Shown here in pieces: positions 38,001 through 49,968 of a stretch of 64,000 nt of DNA. Source of the stretch: Rhizaria sp. SCN 62-66. Lineage: Eukaryota. The first letter of the stretch is position 1. Each line of letters opens with the position of its first letter. The stretch lies in NCBI GenBank assembly GCA_001724265.1, contig MEDY01000169.1, forward strand, positions 1 to 64,000, read 5' to 3'. The notes below the pieces were generated by a model. That model was not told the origin of the DNA. It saw only the letters and a program-made list of their open reading frames with translations, and made no database searches. The translations under genes were made by a program, and so were the position numbers.

Positions 38001-41000
38001 GTGCTGCTCTGGCACTCTCAGACTGGCGCCTTGCTGGCCCGGCACACGCTCCACGCACGGCCCGCGCTCAAGGTGATCTGGGACCCCAGCAGCAGCGAGC
38101 GGCTCGTGTCGCTGTGCGGCGATTTATCGGTTCTGGTTTTCACGCCCGAAGGGCAGGTCACTCAGCGCCTCACCCACCCGCAAGAGGTGTACGGCGCCGA
38201 CCTCACTGCGCTCGCGCCGGGGCTGCTGGCCACGGGCGCGGCCGACGGCGTCGTGCGCATCTGGGACCTCAACAGCAACAGTAACGCCAACAGCAGCGGC
38301 GGGGCGACGAGCATCGCGAGTAGCGGCCGCCCGCTGCTGGAGCTGACGGGCCATACCGCGCGTGTTTTCTGCTGCAAGTGGTCGCCCCTCGTCCGCGGGC
38401 TGCTGGCCACGTGCGGCGACGACCACACGGTCAAGATCTGGGACGTCGCCCGCGGGACTTGTCTGGCGACGCTGACTGGCCACAGCAACAACGTCCGCGC
38501 CCTGCAGTGGAGCCACGAGGTGCCATACTTGCTCACCACGGGCGGCTGGGACGCCACGATCCGCTGCTGGGATGTCCGCGACTCGCGCTTGCTGACGACG
38601 CTGCCGTACCATCTCCAAGACGTGTACGCGCTTGCGTCCCACCCGGCCAAGCCGCTGCGCTACCTGTCTGCATCGCGCGACGGCACCGTCCGCGAGTGGA
38701 CCATGCGCGACGGCGTGTTCCGCGTGCTGCACGCGCAGGCCCTTGTCGCCGGCAAGCTCGACTCGGCGCTGTTGGCCACGCCCGAGAGCGTGCTCGTCGC
38801 GCTGCCGGACGCCAGCACGCTGCTCTGCGGAGCGCAGTCCAAGGCCCTCGTCGCCGCGTCGACCGCCGCCGCCGCCGCCGCCACCGCTGCGGCGACCTCC
38901 CGTCCCAGCTCCAGCTCGAGCAGCGCCAGCGCTAGCAGCGTCAGCAGTGGCAGCTCTAGTGTGAGTGCAGAGCAGAGCGAGCAGGTGAGCAAGTTCGCTG
39001 CGCTGGCGCGCGTGCACGAGTTCTTCTCCGGCTCCCTTGCCGTGGTCAACATGTGGGCACTAGCGGCTAAACTTATCGACCCCACGCTCGCACCGACCGC
39101 GTTCTCCAACCACGTCCACTCCTGTCTCGCTACTACCAACAACAATGGCAACAACTCTATTTCCCCGCAGTCCAACGCTGTCAGCTCTGCGACTGCGAGC
39201 GCGAGTGCTTCGCAGCTGCTGACTCAGCAGGGTCAGGTGATGCACGCGAATGACGTCCGCGCGTCACTGTGGGCCAAGGTCGCCGCGCTGCGCGACGAAG
39301 CCGCCCGCGCCGTCCGCGCCGCAGCCCCCATCCCCGCCGCCTTCTCCAGCGGCGGTGGCAACAGCAGCACAAGCGCCGCGGCGGCGACTGCGCTGGCAGC
39401 CGTGTCCCCGGCCTCTCTATTCTCCTTCTCCCCCGAGGCCCCGCTGGCGGCTCCGGTCGCCGACCCCGCCGCCGCGGCCGCACTGGCTGACGCCGCCGCC
39501 GTGTGCCTGCAACTGGGCAACCTGCTCGATTACTGCGAGATCCAGCTCCAGCTCGGCCGCTGGGAGCACGCGCTCGCGCTCGCGCCCGCCGTGGCGCCAG
39601 CCTACTGGAAGCACCTCATGGCGCTCTACGCGGTCCGCGCCACGGCCACCAACACGGCCGACGGCGTCGCAGTGCTGACCGCCTGCGGCCGCCCCGCCGC
39701 CGCCGCCGCGTACGCAGACGCGAAGCTCGGCTCCGGCCCCGCTGGCAGCCCCTACTCCGCAAACGTCACCTCGAACACTCTTATTGCTAGCTCGAGCTCG
39801 AGTGCGAGCGCGAGTGCTGCGAGCGTGACCGTGGGCGGCGCGTCCGGCGCCGTCAGCACGCGGCTTAACTTTGCGCTGGGCGAGGCGATGGGCGCATTCC
39901 CGTTCCCGCTTGACGACGACGCCGCGGGCGACAGCGCCGAGCTCGCCGCGCGTTTCGCCGCGGAGCGGGAGCGCAAAGTCACGGACGAGGCGCGCGACGC
40001 GGTGCCGGTGACGCCCGCGATGCTGGCTGCTGCCGAGGCCCACGCCGCGCTGCTGCTTGCGCGCGGCTGCCCCGTCCGCGCGGCGTCGGTCTGGCTGGCA
40101 GTGTCCGAGCCCGTTAAGGCCGCGCTGGCGCTGGTGCAGGGCGACGAGCCCCTGCTGGCGGCCGCGCTGTGCGGCGCGCTGCAGCTCGAGGGCGTGGACG
40201 CTGTGTGGCGCGAGGCGGCCCGCCGCTGCGAGGCGCTCTCGCTGTGGGACGAGGCGCTGCAGTGCCTGCAGAACCTCGCCGAGCCCGGGCACGCCATCAC
40301 TCTGCTGTGCGCGCGCTTCACTGGCCCCGCGCCGCGCCGCGCCGACCTCTACGCCAAGGCCGGGCTCTTCACCGTGGAGCACTACGCCACTGAGGGGCTG
40401 CGCGCCCTGGCGGACCTGCGGGGGCCTGCCGACGCCGCAGCCGCAGCCGCCGCCGCAGCAGCTGGCTCCAGGCGTGGCGGCGGGGCCGGCGGTCGCGGTC
40501 ACTCTTCCTCCTCCTCAGCCGCCGCCGCCGCGGCCGCCGCCGCCGCCGCGAGCGAGGGTGCGGGCGCCGAGCTGGTTGCGCGCCGCAGCGAAGTGCTGGT
40601 ACAGCTGGCGGCGGGGCTGCAGCACGCGGACGCGGCCGCCGCGGGCGTCGAGTGGCTGCAGGAGCTGCTGCAGCGGCCGCAGTGGACCTCGGCCGAGTAC
40701 AAGGCCTATGCGACCCCGCTGGCGGCGCTGCCGCTGACGCCCGCCGCCGCGGCCGGAATGGGGGGCGCGGCGCCGCTGCCGCCCGCGCTGGTGCAGAGCG
40801 TCATCGCGTTCACGAGCTATCTTGCGGCGCTCGAGGCTATTGTTGCAGAGGAGACGGATCTTGTGCCTTTCCTGATGGCCGCTACCACCACGGCCGCCAC
40901 CGCCGCCGCCGCCGCTGCCGCTGCCGCCGCCGCCGCCGCCAATGCCAACAACAACTCCAGCTCTAGCGGCGCTGGGAACAACAGCGGCCGCATCGGCTTG

Positions 41001-42242
41001 GGCAACACCGGAGGCGTCGGCCTCGGCGGCGCCCCTTCGGCCTACAGCGGCAGCAGCAACAGCGGCAATAGCTTGGGAGCCGCCTCGGCCGCCGCCGCCG
41101 CCTCGGCTGCGGCCTCGTTTGAGTTCCCCGTGCCGGTCCACACGCGGCGGCTGCAGGAGGCCACGGGCGTGGCGGGTCGTAACCCCGTCTACGCACGCAA
41201 GGTCCTTTCCGCGCTGCTGTCGGACCCGCAGACCAGCGCTAAGATCAAGGCCGCCGCCGCCGCCGCCAAGAAGCCGCTGGACTCCCACCCCGCCGTCCTC
41301 GCCGCCGCCGCTGCTGCTGCCGCTGCTGCCGCCGCTGCCGCTGCCGCCGCCGCCGCCGCCGGCTCCGGGGGCTCTGGGAGTGTAAGCGACGATGAGGAGA
41401 AGGCCGGCGGCCACGGCGTCCCGCGGCTCCAGCTCAGGGCCGCCGCCAACGCCAACGCCGCTGCCTCTGCCGCCGGTGCCGGTGGTGCCGGCGCGGGGCT
41501 GCCGGCGCCGCCGCCCGCGTCCGCGTCTGCGGGTGCGTCATCTCGCCACCAACTCCTCCTGTCCGCCGCCGCCGCCGCTAACGGCAGCGGCTCCAGCGTC
41601 ATCGCTGGCAGCGATCCTGCGGGGCCGTCGAACCGCGCCTTCTCGGTCAACAACGACCTCGGCGTCATCACTCTGAGCGCGGAGAGCGGCGCCGCGTCGG
41701 CGCCAGTGCTGCTTAGGTTCGCCCCCGCGGGCTGCGCCGCGCCGTGGCCGCAGGCGCCGTGCTTTTACGCGCCGCACCTCACGCCCGTGGCCGGCGCTAC
41801 GGTTGCCAAAACGCCTTTCTCGGGCTTCGCCACCTCCGCCGGCAGCGCCAGCGCCAGCGCCGGCAGCGCCAGCGCCAGCGGCAGCAGCGCCAGTGGCAGT
41901 GACGGCGGCCCTGGCGGGTTCCTGGTTGCGGCCAGCGCCCGCGTCCCGCCCCCGCTGACGGCGCTGCAGATGACGCTGGCGGCGACGATGGGCACACTCG
42001 TCCTCTCCGCCCGCGGTGTCTCGGGCCCCATGGCCCCGCAGCAGCCGCAGCAGGGAGGTGGTCGCGGCGCGGTACCCGTCTCGGCCGCCCCCGTGTCAGC
42101 CGTGACCGGCAAGGTGGTCCTGGGCGAACCTGTCGTGTTGGAGGACGGCGTCAGCGTCGTGTCCAGGGCGGAGGCGCTGACGCTGCTGCAGCGCATGCCG
42201 CTGTCGCCCACGCTCACCGGCGCGCTCTTTGCGCTCGTGTGA
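35070..42242 (+). CDS. WDR17: WD40-repeat protein, WDR17-like, 3 exons
   Basis: Exons 35070-35225, 35402-36590 and 36820-42242; ends TGA. Multiple GH...WD repeats. The N-terminus QLVPAGC...RFAYA, the central YCEIQLQLGRWEHALALAPAV..YWK and the C-terminus LEDGVSVVSRAEAL...PLSPTLTG resemble WDR17 as recalled. Confidence 0.8.
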
Positions 42243-42832
42243 AGTCGTTATCGCGATCGTTTATAGTTTGAAAAGTTCTACGTTGCTTTGTTTTTGTTTA
42301 GTGGGAAAGGTCTGAGTCCCCGTGAGGGCCATGATGGAGTTATGAAACAATAAAAATATGCTTTATTTACAATATTCGTTGTATTTTATGTTATATCTCA
42401 AATGCAGCAATGCATTGTCACGTTATAGGACTTAAATATGTACTCTTGTTGTGTTTTATGCATTTTGACTCAACGCGCATGCTTGCATTGCGGTCGAGCT
42501 CACCTCATTCTGAGGGCTGTCTTGTTTGGTTTAATACTCGATGGGGAATCAGTCAAATCAAATGTAAATCCCGTGGTGTATATTAAACGCAGCATGCTTA
42601 TGTAATTGCAATTAAGAAATCATCTAATATCGTATCTACCCCTCTCTATGTTCCTTACTCCGATCTCACTTTAGCCGAGACAAGCCGGACACAGACTCTC
42701 TCTCCTGCCTGTCACAGCCTTCGTCCTCACTCTCGCCGCTCATTAGCGGGCGCACTACGCTGGTTCACTCCGCGCTTATTCTGTGGCGCAACCGCAAGAG
42801 AGTCTGACCGCTTTTGCGCGCCTCCCGACGCG

Positions 42833-45800
42833 ATGTGGCTGCGCAGCCGCTTCTACCAGAACCAGGTACGGTGCCATCGCAAAACGTGGTGCATAGCCAC
42901 TATATCGTTGTTCCAATCAGAATAACTTGGCCGGAGCGTGTTTTTTACCACTTCCTATTTGGATGCTTCGTTTTATTCTGACGAGACCTACGTTTACCAT
43001 GACTCTATCCTTGTTTCTTTCTCCTGCCATCATCGATCTCACCAACACTCCCTTACCCTCCATCCATCATATTCCTTCCTACGCACCTCGGCAATGACTG
43101 TTACGATTCCCATGACTACCACAGGTGCCGGAGTGGGGCTCTGCGTACGTCCACTACGACGACCACCTGGTTTTACTGAGCAAAATCCCCCGCGTTCAGG
43201 ACGACTCCACCATCGGCCTCACCTCTGCCAAGCAAAACAACAACAACAATGCAGCGAATGGCGGGAAACAAGGCAGCGCTGGCCTCGGCAAGCGCTCTCT
43301 CTTCGGCGACTCCTTCTTCGCCAACAACAGCGGCGGCGGCAGCAACAGGGGCTACGGCTCCCTGGGCGGCCTCTCCACTTACAGCCTGAGCCGCAGCCGC
43401 CCCCACAGCCCCATCCCCATCCCCAGCCCCAGCGCCAGCCCAAGCCTCCAGACGCGGGCCAGCCAGCTCGGCCTTGCCCTTGGCGCCGGCGGCGGCGGAG
43501 GCGGCATGCGGGGCTCTGCGGCGGCCCGGGAATTTGAGGACGAGCTGAAGGAAATCACGCGCAACAACCCCACGGAGCGGTCGCCGCTGCTGCTGTCCCG
43601 CCGTTCACCGCGCGCGGGGCTGCGCGTCCTCGGCTCCACAGACCCCAATAATAATAACAGCATCAACAATAGCGGTGGTAGTGGTTATACGCTTGGTCTC
43701 AGTCAAATGAACGTGAGCGGTGATGCGAGTGGCAACAGTAGGTTTGAGTTGGATTCATATCGGCCCGCCTCTGCCGGTGCCAGCTATAGCCTCAGCAGCA
43801 GCTTTCAGAATAGCAGCAGCAGCAACAACAGTGCAGTTGGCTTTACTCTCGGCGGTACTACTACTCTGAGCAGTCTGGTAAAGCCTGTGTCTAGTCTGGA
43901 TACCTCGAACGCTGCGACGGCCACTGCCACTGCGACTGGCCCCGGCCTCGTCAAGCCCGCCCCGCCGTCCGTCCGCGGCAAGCGCCCTCTGGCCGACGTT
44001 GCGCCGCCGACCCGCGGACTGGCCCCGGGCACGCCGGAGCCGCACAACTGGCCCAAGCCCGCAAATAACAACTACAACAGCAGCAATCGTGGCGGCGCCT
44101 CGTCTCGGACCGCGACGCCGAGCCACAACTCCAGCAACAACAACGCTGCGAACCGCACTATCGCTGACGGTACTGTTTCTGCTGCCGATGCGACTGCGGC
44201 TGCGGCCGCGAGTGGGACTGAACAGGAGCACAGCAGCCCGAGCCGCGCGCTGGAGGAGAGCTTCCAGGCAGTGGCGACTGACGCGGCGACTGTTCGGCAC
44301 GACTTGCTGCCTTTCCCAGCCCTTGCACTGGGGGGACACAGCTCCCCCGCCCCTCACCACCAGCACGGCGTTGGGAATGTAAGTGCCCCATTAGTCCGTG
44401 TAAGCGCCTCGGCTAACGGCAAGTCCCCCTCCAGGCCCCCCTCCAAGCCCCCCTCCAGGCCTTCCTCTAGGCCTTCCTCTCGGCCTTCATCAAGGCCTTC
44501 GTCGAGGCCTCAGTCCCCGGCACTGGCCGCTCGCTCCCAGTCCCAGTCCCAGTCTCTGCAGGCCGCGACCCAGCAACTGTACCAGGGCTACTCCACCTCA
44601 CGGTCACCAAACGCTTCACCCCGTGCGTCCCCTCGGGCCTCTCCCAGGGCCTCTCCGAGGGCGTCCCCTCGACTCATGAGTACGGCCGGTACCCAGGGGT
44701 TCTATGGCAGCACCACGCACGGCAACGGCCACGGCCACTTCGGCGGCGGTACTGCGCTGACCCCGGGGCCCGCCCAGCCCGCCCCGCTGGTGGCGGTGGC
44801 CGCGGCCGCGGCGGGGGTTGCACGGCCCCACCCGGCCGAGTCGCGCTTCTGCACACTCTACCTCTCCGACATCACGCTCGTCGACACCTTCTTCGCCAAG
44901 ACGCGGGCCATGCTCGACGCGGAGCTGGAGAAGCTGCTCGACCGCTGCCTTAGCTACCGGGAGTGGCGCTCGCAACATCAGCTCCTGGCCGAGCAGCGCG
45001 CGCTCAGCACGGGCGGCAATAGAACAGGTGGGGGCATGGGCTCCACGGGTGTTGCTCACGGTCATAACAGCAACAACTACGGCTCCTTGTACCAAGCTGA
45101 TGCGGCGTATGATTGCAACAACAGCAGCTATCAGGCTGATGATGACCAGGGCCAGGATCAGGATGATGTGGCCGTGGGCGAATACGCTGAGAACGTCTCA
45201 CTGCTTCCTTCGCCTCTCGCCGCCACCTTTGACACGATCAACCTCGTTAACGACAGCGCAAAGAACCACAACAACATCACGAGGCGTCAGCAAAACCCTG
45301 CCAACCTCACTATGAACAACACCAGCAGTAGCAACTACGCTAACCTCAGCACCAACCCCTCAGAGCCGCCGCAAGACGCGTTCGTGGACGAGGCCGAGCT
45401 CAAGAAGGGCCTCCGCCGCGCCTTCCGCGAGCTTCTTCGCGGTGTGCAGATGCTCTCCGGCTACGCGCGGCTCAACTCTGCCGCGCTGTCGGCGCTCGCG
45501 GCTGCCCACGACGAGCGGTCTCCGCTGGCGCTGGAAACCGCGCTGCTGCAGCGGGTCGATGGGGCCGAGTTCGCGCGGTCCGAGTGGTGCGACTGGGCCG
45601 AGGCGTGCCTTACCAAGGCGTACGCGACCACGTTCGACACGAGCGAGGAGCAGGCCGAAGCCGCTCTCAGGGTGACGTCGTCGTCCTCTTCGGCGGCCGA
45701 CGCGGCGGCGACGACGTATAAAATCGGGTTCATCATGGGCATGAACGTGATCATGATCCTGGCGCTGCTTCTGCTCGCCGCGCTCGTGCCCGCCTCGCTG

Positions 45801-48698
45801 GCGTTTCCCTTCTTCAACGCCTCGGCGCCGCTTTTCCGGCTGGCCACCGTCATGGTCGTGTACATTTACTGCTGGGGCGGCGTCGTCTACGCGTGCGAGC
45901 AGACGGGCGTGAACCACGTCTTCGTCCTCGCCATGGACCCCCGGTCCGCGCTGTCTTCCCTCCGCGTCTGGCTGGCCGCGTCCACGCTCGCCTTCGCAAC
46001 CCTCGCGTCGGGGCTTGTTTGTTCGGTGCTCTATCTGAGGGCGTGGCTAGCGCAGGCCGCCGACATCGTCGAGACCACCGAGGACGCGACGCTGATGTTC
46101 GCGACCCCGACCATCGTCCACACGCTCACCTTCCTGCTGCTGGTGACGGCCGTCTTCGTCCCGGCGGACGTCTTTTGGTTCCCCACGCGGCGCTACCTAG
46201 GCCGCGTTTTCCGCCGCATCATCTTCTTCATCTGGATGCCCGTCTCGTTCGAGTCGACGTTCATCGCCGATCAGCTTTGCTCGCTGTCAAAGGTTCTGTT
46301 CGACATCGCTTACGCCTTCTGTTTCTATCTCTCGTCGTCGTTCCTGCCCGTCGTCGCCACCGAGGTCTGGCAGGCGCTCTCGGGCCAGTCTGATGACTCC
46401 GCGCCCTCAATCACCGCGGGCGCCGGCGAGCTGACCTGTCTGCAGTGCCGCCCCATGGTCAAAAACTTCCAGTGGGTGCTGGCCTTCGTTCCGTTCCTGA
46501 TCCGCTTCGGACAGTGCCTGAAGCTGGCGTACGCGCGTAAGGGCGACGCGCGGCACTTACAGCTCGGCAACGCATGTAAGTACCTCTCGGCCATCGCCAT
46601 GACGGCGACGGCGCTGATGTTCAAGAAGGCCATGACGACGCTGCAGATGCTGACCGCGAAGCTCGAGCTGCTGGGTGGAGAGGTCACGGCCGCGGCTAAC
46701 GGCGCCACGTCGCGTCTGTCCGTGTCGCAGTTTGTGGTCGACAAGGTCCATACGGCCGCCACCAGCATGGCCTCAAACGCCGCCGCCGCCTCCCCAGCCG
46801 CTGCCACCACTGCTTTTGCGGCCGCGACCGCGGTGAACGCAACTGCCGCTGCTGGCGCTGGCACTGCGCTGACGACGGCGGCCTCGGCGGCCGTGACGGC
46901 GCTGACTGCCGAGGTGGCCGAGGCGAGCCAGTGGGTGACTGTGCTGCGGCACCTGTTCCTGACTACCGCGATCGTCGCCACGCTCTTCCAGCTCTTCTGG
47001 GACCTGCGCTTCGACTTCGGGCTGCTGGAGCCCTCGGAGGCGTTTCCCTTCCGCAAGAAGTCCGCGCTGGGTTCCCGCGCGAGCCGCTACTACACTTTCG
47101 CGATCATCACCAACACGCTGTTGCGGCTGGCATGGATCGACACGCTGTTCCCGTCCTCGCTCGGCGTGTCGGTGCTGCGCGACGACCTCTTCCTGCTCTT
47201 CCTGCTCTGCCTCGAGGTGCTCCGCCGTGCGCAGTGGAGCTTTATCCGGCTCGAAAACGAGCATCTGAACAACGTGGGCGAATTCAGGGCCTTCCGCATC
47301 GAGATCCCCGCCGTGCCGCCGTTAGTTAAGCCGCGCGGCTCTACTTCCAGCTCCAGCGCAAGCAGCACGACGGCGGGCATCAGCGACCACTCCAGCAGCA
47401 GCAGCGGCAGCGACAACGATCACGACGACAGCCAGTCTGCGCTCAGCGCCGGCGGCAATGATCTGAGTAACACCCGCGTGGGCGAGTCCGACACGGACGA
47501 CACCGGTGACGACTTGATGAGCAGTGGCAGTGCGAACCGCACTCTGTTGCCCTCGATCGTGATCAGCAGCCCCACGCTCTACACTCCGACCCACGGTCAC
47601 CTCACCCCGACCCACGGTCACTCCCCTGCCCACGGTCACTCCGCCGCCGCCGCCGCCTCTGCCGCGGCCCACGGTCACGCGACGCTGAGTCCCGCCCACG
47701 GCCGCGCCCGCCGCGACAGCATCAGCGAGATCCTCGCCGACGGCTTCGGCATGGGGCTCGCCGCCGCCACCGCAACCTACGACGAAAGCGCCAACAGCAC
47801 GCCGCTTGCGCCGACCACCATTGTTAGTTCAAGCAGTGGCAGTGGCAGCGGCGGCAGGGCCAGGACCAACAGCGTTGGGGCGGCCAACGCCGCCGGCAGC
47901 TCGAGCTTAACTGCAGTCACTGCTTCCGGCAGCGGCCTCCCCAGCTCAAGCACCGGCGCCAGCGCGGGCGGCGCCAGTGTCTGCTCCAGCGCCGCCGCCG
48001 CTAGTGGCAGCGACTCTAGCACCGGCCGGTTCGCCGACGCGCTCTTCGCCACCCTCAACAGCAACAGCAACAACAGCAGCAACGCTCTGGGCGCCGGCTC
48101 GTACGCCAACAGCAGCTACGTTAGCAGCGTGGAGAACGACAGCGGTGGCGGTGCGAGCCTGGGTAGCGCGCTCAGTAACGCCCCCAGCGGCGCTAGCGGC
48201 GTCAGTGCACGCAGCAGCAACGCCCCCTCTAGCAACGCCCCCGTCATCAACACGAGAGCGGCGGCGTTCAGCCCCGGCAGCGTCACCATCACCGTCATTC
48301 CCAGCACGCTCAGCAGCAGCAGCAGCAGTGGCGGCGGTAGCGGGGGCGGTGGCTCAGGCCGGCCCCGCCGCGGCTCCGTGTCGACGGGCTCGGCGCGGCT
48401 GCTGCGGCGGGCTGGAGCCACCTTGCACCAGTGTGCGCAGACGGCGGTCGTCGTCGGCAAGGCCAAGTGCAAGTTCCTCGCGCTGCTGGCGCGGGCCAAG
48501 GCCAGAAAGCGCGCCGCGCTGGCCGAGGCCGCGCAGGCCGTTGCGGCGACGCAGCTGATGACTCAACAGTTACAGTCGCACTCTCAGTCTCAGGCCCAGC
48601 AGACACAGCCTCAGCCTCAGTCTCCACAGCTGTCGCTGTCGTACCCGCAGCCTCAGAGCAGTGGCGCGAATGGCGTCGAAGGCGTGAACAGGGGGTGA
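42833..48698 (+). CDS. SPX-EXS phosphate exporter family protein (XPR1/SYG1/PHO1-like), 2 exons
   Basis: Exon 1 (42833-42865, MWLRSRFYQNQ) joins exon 2 (43125-48698, VPEW...Y); ends TGA. EXS motifs GVNHVFV, FIADQLCSL, RFGQCL, NACKY, WDLRFDFGL, LRLAW and EVLRRAQWSFIRLENEHLNNVGEFRA, with several TM helices. Confidence 0.9.
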
Positions 48699-49772
48699 TT
48701 AATACGTTTGAATTCCTTTTTTCCAGATTATGTTCTAGATATGCAACGACTGAGGCTGACTGTGGTCGCCACTATGCCAGCAGAAAACAACTTTGTTTTG
48801 TTTAACCAAGATATGAAGATCTGCATTTTACTATTTTGATTTACCACATTGAATTTTATGCTCTTGATAAAAATAAATTATTTGAGTCATTTGTGTTTTC
48901 CAAATTGTGCATAGTTAGACGGAGTTACTACGTTAGATATGCGCCAATTCGCTGCAGCTAGTGACCGAGCGGGTGGTTTCTGGGAGATATCTCATGGATA
49001 GCGGTTCAATTCGCTATTAATATTTTGTGGCATGAAACATCACCCCAGAAAAAAGTTTATGTCAGCTGCATATTATCACTCAAGTGACTGTTTTGATGTA
49101 GGTCTGGTTAAGTATTGTGTTTGGCGCGACACATCTTGCTTATTCGATTTCGATCTCGACGCGAGATCAGCCTTGGACTAACGTAAACTAGAGGGCGATC
49201 GGGTCACGGGGAAGAAACCTCATTTTCACGTTATTATCGCTCGGGAAAAAGAAGGTCAAATAATTTTCTTGAAACTAAAATTAGTATAGTTTACAATTTC
49301 ATTGAAAGTAGCCTCATTGACGATCAAATTTCCAGGGAAACTTGGAAAGAAAAATCCCCATTGCAGGATGCTCCTTCTTATCCAAACCCGTTACCCCATA
49401 CTAATCTTTAAGATATGCCCTGTTATCCGTCATTAGTTTCGGTTAACACTTTCTGCATGAGCTTTTCCGTATTAGATCTTTTAGTTCTTCAACTTTCATT
49501 TTCGCACACTTTGTTTTCACGGCGCTGGGTCTCTTCGTAACCATGTAATCCTACCCGATGTGCCCCTGTCTCCCCCTACCTACACCTTAGCATCCCCGCT
49601 CATCCCGTTTCGCCCCGCTTTTTCCCCTTTTTTTCACGCCACTGCTTTCTCGCCTCCGTAGTTTCGACTCTTTTTCCTATAGTTTCTCTTTCTTTTTTCT
49701 AAGTTGCGCGCCTGTCTCACAGAGATCCAAGCGCTCTCCTACGTGGGACCGCGCGTGCAGCCCCGCCCTGCA

Positions 49773-49933
49773 ATGGAGTCCGCTCAAAACCCCACCAGCG
49801 CGCACCGCATCGGAGCCTGCGCCGCCATGCCACTGTTTTTGTCCCCGCAGGGCGCTTCCCCACCGCTGCCGCCAAGCTGGAACCAATCGCGCGCCTCCCC
49901 CACCTACCTCGACTCTGGCGCCGCCGCCACAGG

Positions 49934-49968
<35 letters not shown>

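Noticed and set aside
42301-42350. GGGAAAGGTCTGAG resembling RNase P RNA conserved region I
   Set aside because: It lies in the AT-rich 3' flank of WDR17, and no complementary CR-V/P4 partner is seen downstream.
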